64,000 nt of DNA, taken from positions 15,314,001 through 15,378,000 of the forward strand of contig CM022665.1 of assembly GCA_012295275.1 (NCBI GenBank). The letters are read 5' to 3'. Of the stretch, positions 28,401-39,400 are shown piece after piece. This DNA is from Chrysomallon squamiferum (Eukaryota > Animalia > Mollusca). Position 1 is the stretch's first letter. The number at the start of each line of letters is the position of its first letter. Both the position numbers and the translations under genes were made by a program. Below the pieces are notes generated by a model. That model was not told the origin of the DNA. It searched no databases and saw only the letters and a program-made list of their open reading frames with translations.

Positions 28401-31400
28401 ATCTTCATCATCAAAGGAGAGTTCTGTAGAGTGACTCAGTGTGTCAGACTCGTCATCAACATCAAAAGGATCTTTTGGTGGTTTGGGGACATCATCATCT
28501 CCTTTTGGAGGAGGCAGGTAGACTGTCCTCAGGTCCTTTTTAAAAACATGAATTATCATTTACAATGAGTGAAGAAGTTGGCAAAGAGTTGTGTTATAAA
28601 AAAAAAGTTAAAAAATTAATTAATATCTGTTTATGTTCTGACTGAAGAATTATAATTGAAATTAAAAAAAAAAAATTGTAATATATATTTATTTAGTAAA
28701 GTTTTGTAATTATTGTTATTATTATTTATAGATACTGTGACTGAAGAACTTGTAGTAAAGTACTGTAATTATATACTATTTATTTATTTATCAATTAAGG
28801 TTTGTATAATAAAATATCTTTTTAAATTTACTTTTTTATTTCCTTTGACAAAAAAAAATGAAATAAATATATAAAAACAAATAATAAATATATATAAAAA
28901 AAAATTTATAATAATATTAATAACAATAATAATAACAAAACTGATTTAAATAAATACATTACCAATTCCTTCAGATCCTGAATATCAATAGATGCCATTG
29001 CATAGATTTCTTCAAATTTCCCATAATGCACAGCAATCTGTACTGTTTTGGGCTGTTCTGTTTTGGGTTTGTTTAAGTCAATAACACCATCTGGAATCTC
29101 ATCTGGTAATCGTAGAACAAACTCTTCAAATCTGAGTAATAATAATAATAATAATAGCAATAAATAATAATAGCAATAAATAATAATAAAAACAATAACA
29201 ACAGCAACAACAGTAACAATAGCAATAGTAATAACAATAATAATAATAAAAATAAGAAGAATATGATAATGATGAAGAAAAAGAAGTGTATTAATAATAA
29301 TAGCATCAAGAACAATAACAATAATATAACGGTAACAGCAGTAGTGATAATAATAATAATAATAATAACTATATTAATAATAATATTGTCAAGAATAACA
29401 CTATAATGAAAACAACATATGCAATAATAATAATAATAATAATAATAAAAGGAAATAACAACAATTTAAAAAAGCTAAACGTATAACAGAAAAGTAGAAA
29501 AAAAACATTAGTAACAGATATCAGATTTGTTGCAATACTAATGATCACAAAAGAAAGCTGATGAAACAAAATATTTATTTATCATCACAATTATTAAGTT
29601 ACCATTTAAATCACAATGTCTTTTAAGCACTATTTCCTGTGAGCACACTATGCTACTACATAATTCTTTTACAGCACAATTTATCTTAAGTCCAGTATAA
29701 GCCTGACATTCCTCAAATTGCAAAACACACTTAAAAAAAATATATATATATAACACATATATGCATGTGTGATGCATGGCATCTACAGAATTCACAACAA
29801 AACATTTAGAAAATAAAGCATTCATACTTACTTGGGTTTCTTTTTGCCAGCCTCCTGAATGTCATCTAAAATATACAGAAAATGATGTAACATTCATTAT
29901 ATGATCATATTTATTTTCAATAATAATAATAACAATTACAATAACAGTAACATAATATTAATAATAAAAACAGTAATAATGATAATGATGATGATGACAA
30001 CAACAATAATAAAATATAAATTTAGTATTTTTTAGAATAAATAGATTCTACATAAATTATTGCTGATTTAATATTTACCAGTAGCTGGAGGCTTCTTAGT
30101 ACCTTCTGCTTGTTCTTCATTCTTAATCAAATAAATAAATAAATAAATAAATTAATGGATAACAATGTAATTTAATACCAGCAGAAAAGATGTTTTCAAT
30201 TTTCAAAATGCATATAAATGCTGTTAATTTTCAGTAGATTGTATCATTCACTTGATGTGCAAACTGTAAATAAAAAATTATTTACAGTTTTTTGCAACAG
30301 GTTGAAAAGGCACAGGGGTTTGCTTGACAGTAAAAGAGGCAATGAAAGGGGCAGTAAGACAAAAAGCTTTGGAAACCACTGATCTAATGACAAGATCATG
30401 AACAAACAAACAGCTAGCAGGTAAAAAAAATAACATTATATAAAAACAAAATTAGTATGTCAAAACTTTTTCCTGGTTGTAATTAACATACCCCTCAATC
30501 AAAATCTTTAACATATAATAAATCATAACCATAAAGCAAATACATCAGTGACATAAAGGAACAATTGCAATGCAAATAACAATGATAACAATTATTAAAA
30601 AAGATAAATCTTTTGCTTCAGCATCTATTTTGTACAATACTCATTTTTAAACATTTTAAATTAGTAATTTAAAAAAATATGTATGATAATTAAAAAGATT
30701 CAATATCTCTTTTCAAATATTTTTGAAGGTCAATATCACCTAGGTTAAATTTTACATTGTTTACAGTAGTATGATGAATTATGAAGCGAAGTTATAACCA
30801 TTTATATACATTATAAGTGTATTTATTTACAGTCCACTTGTGTTTTCATAGTAACACCATCACCCAGGTTGAGAATCACTGATTTAAATAAGCTTTAGAA
30901 AATAATGAACAAAATGACATAGCTGTATAAAGAATCATTAAAGGAGCTATGTGCAAATGATAATAACAGAAATATCTCTCACCTCATCCTCCACAGGATC
31001 GAGGATTCCAGTTTTAAACATCTGAGTACCGAAAGTCACAGAACATTTGAGATCTTTCTTGTTGATGTCTTCAGGTGTGAACACTCTCACGTGAAGAAAA
31101 ATGTCATATTCTGGCTCACCTGTCCACATCCCACTGTCTCGTGTTGGAGGTTTGATTACAGGTGTGACCTTAGGCTCATCAAATTTCACCCTCTGAAAAA
31201 AAGATTCATTACACTAGGTGGAAGATGGGAAATTCATTAATGAACATGTTACTTTGATGTCATGTTGGAGAATTAAAAGAATGAAGAAAATGAGGAAGCT
31301 GATTTCTAATGTGATCGGAAAAATAAAGGATTAACTGCAGATTACAATGTCAGGAAATTTGTTAATGGCGATGGCTGTAAACATAAACATATAACATTAG

Positions 31401-34400
31401 TTGGACATAAAAGGAAATTCGGAATGCTTCAAATGAAAAAAATAAAGTTGTCATGATTCTCTTATGGTGAATCACACGGAGCAAACACTTTGCTTTGACT
31501 TTGCTGACATCACTATAACACTGTCTCTGGAGTACAATTGATCAGGTCTTGATAAAAAAAACTAGAAATAATTTAAGTATAAAAAAAAGGATGAAAAATT
31601 CTAAAACTTTGAGTAAGTATGGAAGTGATGGACAGAAGTAAGAAGTAAGAAGAAAAAAACCAGAGAAAAAGGAAGTAATGGAGAAAATAAGAAAGTAAAG
31701 AGTGAAAAAGGACTGAAGAAAAGTAAGGAATGAAGGAAAGTACACAAAAAGAAAGAAATGAAACTATAAGAAAATAAAGAGGAAGGATGGATGAAATTAA
31801 GGAAAATACATGAAAAGAAAAAAACTTAGAGAAAATAAGAAAATAAAGAAAGAAGGAATGAAGGAAAATACATGAAAAGAAAAAAGAGAAAATAAGAAAA
31901 TAAAGAAGGAAGGAAGGAATGAAAATACGTAAAAAGAAAGAAATGTGACTAGAAGAAAATAAGGAAGGGAGAAGGAATGAAGAAAAAAGGAAGGAAAGAG
32001 AGAAATAAAGCAAACCTTTGGGGATGTTGATCTGCTTCGTATGTCTGACTGAGAAGTTTCATCACTCTCCTCAGCAATGTTAATCATCACTGACGTCACT
32101 TCCTTCTTCTCAGCTTCTTCATCTGCTTCATCTTCACTCTCTTCATCTTCTTCTTCGGGTTCCTCCAATGTTTCTTCTTCCTTTTCTTGATCCGATTTTT
32201 CTACAGGTGTCTCACCAGCAACCTGCAATAAACAGTTTGAATAATTAGATTTCAAAAAACTTCATCAACAGATGAAATAAGTGAATGAATCAATGAATGA
32301 ACGAGTGACTAAATGAATCAATGAAATACTGAATAAACAGTGAATGACTACTACAGCTGAATCAATAAACAAAAGAACAGAAATGATCGACAAATGATCT
32401 GATGATGTAGTGACAGAGTTGAAAGAGTTTATACTGTTGAAATATTCTTCACTTGTAACATTAAAACAAAAAATAAATTCACCATTTTGTCTTCTTTAAC
32501 CATTTCTGTTTCTTCTTCAGAATCAGACAATTCTTCTAAAGCACTGATATACTCATGAACATGCTCTAAACTGTAAAAATATATATTTTTTAAATTGAGT
32601 ATGTTTTGTTTCTTACAGCTCTTTCTCAAATTTCTTGTTTAGTGAAAAATATACCAACAAAGTAATACTTAAATGTTATCAATATTTTGGAACATTTTCT
32701 CCAGTCAATTTTCATTAACAAAATGATGTTTCGTTTAAAGTAAAAATAATTTCAGTAAATCCAAATGAAACTTTATTGTTATATTTAATAACGCTACTTC
32801 ATTATCTGAAAATTTGGGAAAATGGTACTATACAGATAAAATAGAATAAAATAAAATAAAGTTAACAAACCCCATCTTGGCCTTCTGCTTAATTCCTTCT
32901 ATGAGAAACTTCCAGCGTCTTCCGTGACCTCTGGCTGTTGTTAATTTGGCAAAGAGTTTTTCCCAATTCATGATTCTCTTTTCTTTAGCAATTCTTTTAG
33001 ACTAGAAAGAATAATAATTTTTAATCCATTAAAATATTTTTATATTTTCTTGTTAATTACAGTTTAATTTTTTTATTATTATTATTTTTTTGTAAGATTA
33101 AAAAAAAAAAAAAAATGAAAAAAGGTGATGTGATCTAAAGATAACTGACCTGTTTTCTCAGTCTAGGTTTGAAATAGTCTTGTTTCAACAAATCTAAAAC
33201 ATTGTCTGTATTAACATTGTTATTTAATAACTTTCACTTCAGGCAAATTTTATGTTCCATTTATGATGATAGTATATTCCAATACCTAATAAAGGAATTA
33301 AATTAATATTAGATTTTCAGTCAAATCCCTTTAATTTGGACATATATACACAAACACACACACAGAAGACAATCATAGTCACGTACATATGCACACACAT
33401 AAAGACATATTTTATATCTTTAAATAATAACTTTATGATTGATTTTCTTAATAATAATTTTTTAAATCTCACATGAGCATCAACAAGTTGAAGTCGCTTG
33501 ATGGCTATGTTAAGTTGTCTCTGTTTACTTTCATAATTCTCGTGAAGCTTTTTCAATGCAGCACTTTTAGCTTCCCATGGTGTTGAGTAAACTCGAACCA
33601 TTCGGATCAGTTCATTAACTGGATGACTCATGTCACTAACACTGAACAACAACAACATAATTTGTTTTTAAAAGAGTGAAAAAAAAAAAACAGAATATAT
33701 TTACTATATGGTTTAAATTTATTAATCTATTGCATTCCATAAGTTACTTGCTGGATAATTTACCTTTAATTAAAATTTATGTGAAAAAACAACAACAAAA
33801 AAACACTTAAATAGTTTATATTAAAATCAGACATTAAGTATAAAACAAACTAACTTTTACTTATATATCAGTTCTATTAATTATCTAAAATCTGTTTGTA
33901 TGTGTTTTCTACAATACATATACATACATAGATATACATACTTGAGTGTGTGAGTACAAAATTATAACTTAATGTTAAAATCATGGAAAATATATATCTA
34001 AGAATCTTTATTCTGTAATGCTATAATAACAAATGTATTAATAACAATTATGCTGTAAATACCTTCTGAAGACTTTTCCAGTTGTCAAAGCCAATTTGAC
34101 AAGAAGTGTTGCAGGCAGAGCATGCTTGAGCAACTCATCTTTCATTTCAAGAAGCTATTGAATAAAACAAATATATAAACTGTGCATATATTTATTAAAA
34201 AAAATATAATAATAATAATTACAAATAGAACAGAAAAATACATATATAAATAAATAAACAAATAAAACTTATTACCTCTGTCAGTGCTGTGTGAACAAGA
34301 GCAATGGAATTATGAACACCATCACAAAGAATATCAAATTTATTTGGCTCTTTTGATTCACCTCCAATATCTTCTTCTTCATCATCACCTTCAGAATTAG

Positions 34401-35827
34401 AATCATTGTCAGATCCATTGGCAGAAGTCTTCTAAAATAAAATTTAAAACAAAGAAGAAAAAAAAAAAGAGTCAAAATTAAACTCTTAATTGAGCTTAAA
34501 ACATAAAATGTATAGAGTTAAATTCAATTTTATTATTATTTCTAAAATGATAATAAGAAATATTTTATTAATAATTTACTGTACACAGTTTTGAACTCCT
34601 TTATTTGCTGATTTTGTATCATACATATACTTAAGGACTGAAAAGGTACGTTACAATCCTACATTACTTTTTTCAGTTAGTGAAAATGGATCTTTTAAAT
34701 GCACCATATCACTGGCTGTGGTGTACAGTACCATAGCCTTTATAGTACAATATGTGATGCAATTGCAAGAATAAGCAAAACCACCAACCTATGACATGAA
34801 TCGAACAAAAACTCATTCATGCAAGTTCTTTACCACTACTGAATATTGTGTAGCCCATTTTTTTTAAAGTTATATATATAAATTATGCAGTTATGTTTTA
34901 TGATGACAAACCTCAGCTCCAATCACATGTCTTGATCTTTCCCCAAGTTCTTCTTCTTCGTCATCTTCTTCTGCCAAAGCTTCCAAGTTGTTTCCAATAG
35001 CTCCTGATACAAGAAGAGAAAAATAATTCAGTTAGAGTTGGTGGAGAAACATAAAGTCACTAGCAGTAGAAACAAAAATAGTCATTAGCAGTAGTAAATA
35101 GGATATTAATTAGCAAGCAGAAAAAATAAAGAAATAAAATAATAATGAAAATGTCCATGAACAATGTTAATACAAAATATTACAATTTATTTTTGCACAT
35201 AAAATGGCTTTATATATATACACACACACACACACGTTTTTAATAGGTTCAGAAGTCTTTCCAAAAATGTACAAAATGTTTTACATTTATATTATTAATT
35301 TTAAATTAAGATTAAGTTATATTTCTTACACTCGTGAGTATATTCTGGCAACAAAATAAATTTCATAACATAAAATATTTTGATATAGATCTTTAAAATA
35401 CAAATTGTAGCTTTGGCTGTAAAACAGTAATTAAATTGTACATTATAATAACAAATAATGCTGTTAGGCCATATCAGCAAGGTAGCCTTTTATAGCATAA
35501 GTGATGTTTTTTAAAATGTCATTATGATTATCATGTCTAATAAACTGATTTTAAAAGTTAATGTTAAAAAAGAGAGAGAGAAAGAGAGAATAAATCCAAC
35601 TATCCCTCTCCTGTACTCATTTACATAATCCTATATTTATAAACAACAAACAAATAAACAAAGAAAATAACCCCAAGAACAACAAAAAACAAAACCACAA
35701 AATTATTTTAGATCCTAAATAGGGCCTCAAGACAAACGGACACCTGCTATTAATATAACACAATGTAATATTTTAAAATAAATCTAGGACAGAGATTATT
35801 AATTTGTAAATACTTGCCAATATCCAT
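23406..35827 (-). CDS. Uncharacterised ~941-aa protein (acidic N-terminus, coiled coil, putative C2-like domain), 21 coding exons: 35827-35818, 35003-34912, 34431-34276, 34154-34063, 33641-33473, 33001-32871, 32570-32483, 32222-32016, 31192-30983, 30121-30079, 29865-29832, 29131-28963, 28535-28226, 27463-27330, 27098-27019, 26489-26232, 25546-25459, 25115-24956, 24302-24219, 23941-23874, 23648-23406
   Basis: All 20 junctions have AG acceptors, GT donors (one GC) and matching phases. The exons sum to 2826 nt, open from ATG (MDIGAIGNNLEALAEEDDEE...) to TGA (...EQEVDC*). Several track ORFs (33317-33658, 31797-32255, 30947-31189, 28173-28559, 26228-26452, 24936-25124, 23406-23924) are fragments of these exons. 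Family not recognised. Confidence 0.85.
23649..23873 (-). other. U12-type GT-AG intron, last intron of the minus-strand gene
   Basis: Minus-strand donor GTATCCTT starts at 23873. The 3' end reads TTTCCTTAACCTTTTGTCAG (U12 branch consensus 10 nt from the end). Phase-0 join gives PKNK|KLSVV. Confidence 0.88.
24438..24505. repeat. (AAT)n microsatellite, one of many in the window
   Basis: Perfect AAT run. Confidence 0.9.
25740..26286. repeat. Degenerate ~100-120-bp tandem array whose last unit overlaps the 3' end of exon 26489-26232
   Basis: Exonic 26234-26286 vs intronic 26118-26170: 46 of 53 nt identical by hand count. Weaker copies near 26010, 25960, 25883 and 25745. Confidence 0.75.
30300..30381. 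mobile_element. Possible hAT-type MITE end remnant
   Basis: AAAAAGCTTTGGAAACCACTG reverse-complements to CAGTGGTTTCCAAAG, resembling hAT/Charlie-type CAGTGGTTCCCAA termini. No partner end found. Confidence 0.25.
31560..32010. repeat. Purine-rich low-complexity repeat (GAAAATAAGAAAATAAAGAAGG-like), forming a long pyrimidine tract on the coding strand
   Basis: Visible directly; source of the spurious F/L/S-rich ORFs 31542-31745 and 31573-32013. Confidence 0.75.
35004..35817 (-). other. GC-AG first coding intron of the minus-strand gene
   Basis: CAAC-ATG-GAT-ATT-G|GCAAGT donor. Phase 1 matches the acceptor TATCAG|GA-GCT-ATT at 35003. Confidence 0.65.
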
Positions 35828-36444
35828 GTTGATCTTGTATATGCAGTAATATTCGAATATTCAAACAGTTTAAATTTTGTTAGTTAAAAACTCATTGCTA
35901 CCATCAACCACGAACGTCTTATGCCGTCCATATTGTATTTACGTTGCTACGTTGTTCGGAAGACTTCGGTCAGTTTCGGCGTATTACGTAAATAAATAAG
36001 TCAGCTCAATTTAACTTTCAGAAATGAATAGTTTTCAAATCAAAATAAAATTCATTGAGTAGTAGTAATAGCAACAGCAACAACAACAACAACATCGGCA
36101 GCAGCAGTACTAGTAGCGGTCGTAGTAGTCATAGTCGTAGTAGTAATAAAAATACTGTTGTTTTAGAGATGTATATAATTATTCATTATATATATATATA
36201 TATATTTTTTTTTTTTTCATAATATGTATATATATTCGCACAATATATATGCAACGATGAAATCAAACTGATTTAGATATTCTTATAAAAACTGCTTTCT
36301 TTCGTGTTACTTGTGAATATGATGCGCTCACGGAAAAGGGGGATTTTAGCCGAAGATTATTTAAAATGGCGATCGACAGAGGTCCGTTGAAAATACAAAA
36401 TGATTTTAACAGACATTTTTGAGCTTTCGAATTTAAAATAAGTA
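35828..36444. promoter_or_regulatory. Bidirectional promoter region between the minus-strand gene and ZFC3H1
   Basis: Divergent start codons are 617 bp apart. CpG is conspicuously clustered here (e.g. 35911-35988, 36303-36386) in an otherwise CpG-poor window. YY1-like AAAATGGCG at 36363-36371. Exact TSSs are not determinable. Confidence 0.7.
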
Positions 36445-39400
36445 ATGGAAAACTGCGAAGCTGTGCAAGAAAATAACATTATGAAGGAGGAAGGAGAACT
36501 ATCAGATGAAGAAGAATTCGGTGAAGAGAAACAAAATGGAAATTTATTTGCGCATTCTAAATATTGTCGGACAAAATGTACAACAGGTAGCTCGATTAGA
36601 AATGAAAATAGGCAGAGTAAATTTTTGTATACACAAAGACAACCATACAGAGAAGGAAGTAATGACAGAAGAGAACCAGGATACTTGGTTCCAAACCAGT
36701 ACAGATCACCACCAAAACTGCCTCAACCCCGACCTCATCAGTACACTCCTTCACAACCTTCATGGAGACCACCACCCCAACCACCATACAGATTTCAGTA
36801 TGATATATCTGATTATCAAAGGCAACATCCCGTTTCTGTAGGTTATTCAGATTATAGACATCAGCAATCTGGCATTCCATCACAATGTATCCTTATTCAC
36901 TGACACAAAGAATATATAAAAATATATTGATATTTATCAGATTTAATTCACACATAAAAATTATCCATATGAACTAAAACATGTAACTAATTTATAAAAA
37001 GTAGGTGTATTATCCCAGACACAAACATCTCTCTCGTCGGGAAATAAAATTGAAAACAGCTGATACTAAGCTCTGTATTCTTTTGTATATAGTGTTAACT
37101 ATTTGTTAAATCATTTTACATCAAAGTAAAGTAAAATTATTGTAACAAAGAAAAACTATAGTTTTTCAATACTATAGTTTTCCCTTATAATTTATTAGAC
37201 TTACTGCAATGGCATTAAAGAGGGGTGATTGTAAGTATATGTTCATGTAACTTGAACGATTTTCAAATACAATTTAGCATTTGTTTTAAATTATAAATTA
37301 TTATTATGCTTTTGAAAAAAAGAAAAAAAAAAGAGAAGGAAATTCCATGATTCTTATTTCCTTAACTGAATAAAGCTTGGGTTCAGAGAAAGTTCAGAAC
37401 CCCGACTGACAGATATGGAAGACAGCTGAGAAAACCTGAGTCAAGAAAGGAGAGTCCAAGAGATTCTAACAGCAAGGAGAGTTTGAGAGATCCTGTACCA
37501 GAAGAAGAATATAATTATGAAGAACTTTTAGAAACCTATAAAATGATTCAGAAAGAACTTGAATGTTTGAAAGATGAAGAAATAGGAGAGGAAAGTCAGC
37601 AGCTGGAGGATGAGAGTAAGCAGAGCATCAAAGATAGTAAAGAAGTTTTAGACAACAGCATAGCTGAGATCGAAGAAAATGTTGACACGGTCGTGGACAC
37701 CAGTGTTTCACCAAAGGAAGATAAGGTTATTAATTTACATTGATTTTAAAATTTAAAATAAATGAAAATTAATAACCTGCTCATCTTTTAATTAAATTAT
37801 TATTATTATTATTATTTTAAAGACATAATAACAATCCGATTGAACTTAATATTATTTGTTCAGTTGCTTAATTAGGTGGTTTATAAAGAAATTAAAAATG
37901 ATGTTCTGTGTGAAACTATGAAACATTAATGGCCAAAATAACAGTAAATTTATTATTTCTTTCACAGCATTAGTTTTAAGTTTGAGTTAACTGATAATAA
38001 ATGCTAATCACTTAGTATACATGAAATATCACCAAATGCAGGGTATTAAATATAAATGTTTTCATTATTGCTTGCTAGAAGCAGGATGAAGAAGAAGAAT
38101 TGGATGAATTAGAATTAAGAAGAATAGCTCTTGAATCTGCTGCAGTAAGGGCTAACAAGCTGCACAAAAATCCTGCATTTGCTAGAGATCAAAATTTGAA
38201 AAAAACCTCTACCAAAAATAACCAAACTGTGAGAGGTGGCAAAAGTGTTTCAATATCAAAATATCCATCAGTAAAACATACACAATCTCCGAAAAGAAAC
38301 CTGTTGTTAGGGTGAGAAAACCATCTTTATCAGTGCCAAGTGCTTACAAAGGTCAGAGGAAAAGGAATCACAGATCTCAGCAAGGTAATGATTTAACTAT
38401 TTTATTGTAACAAATTGTTTCCATGGTTTAATTTTCAGTATTTTATGTTTATATTTTTATAATTTATTTTTGTATTTTTCAAAGAAATGAAAATTAGGTT
38501 ATGAAAGTATTCAGATTTTTGAAATTTGATGAATTACTTCAGAAATGCTTCTTAAGTTTTCCTATTTTAAAACAATCTTCAATTCAAAAAAAAAAAAAAA
38601 AAATATTGCAGTTATGAAACAAATTTGATTAGAATAGAACTGAATAAAAAAAAAAAAAAAATATTTTTGTTTAAAAACTCTTATTTTATATTTAAAATTA
38701 GAATAACTCCTAATCCTTAATATTTTTGTAATAAACAAAATTTCTGATATTTATTCTTGCTGCAGGAAGAAAATCATCACCTCAACCAAAAAAAAGCATT
38801 AAAAGGAAGCAGGAGGAAAGAAACAGGCAGCTTGAAATTCAAAGGAGAGAAATTCAACATATTTTAACCCTTGATGATCCTCAGGAACAGGCCGAGCGCT
38901 TTCTACGATTCCTGAATTATGTAAGTGTTAATTTTAATATATGTTATTTCAGTGTTTATTGTTTAACATTGCTGTAAGATGCAGGTATTTATTTAATACA
39001 GATAAACCCTGAATATGCAGCATTTATTTTCTCATGGTTTTCTTTGTTGTAAGAAGCCATTATTCATTGGGGGTGTTTTAGTATCTTTTTCTTCTTTTTT
39101 TTCACAGATTATCCCAGTTTACTTTAATGCAGATTATTCTGTGATATAAAATACAAAGAGATTTGTTTTAATGAAAATAGTTATTTGTTTTAAATAACAA
39201 GAACTTCTTTCAGGGAAAATTATTTCAGTATGTTAAATGTTTATTTTTATGAAAATTATATCAACTGGATCTAGGGTTAATGTTAATGCAATCCATCTCA
39301 ATGCATACATGTTTTTTTTTTTTTTTTTTAATAATGTAGATTACCTCACCAATCTTTATTGTTTTTAGTTCAAATCGTTTTAAAATTAAAAACTTATTAT

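Noticed and set aside
29073-29569. Poly-Leu/Ile ORFs resembling membrane peptides
   Set aside because: Intronic (AAT/AAC)n repeats. Only 29131-28963 is a real exon.
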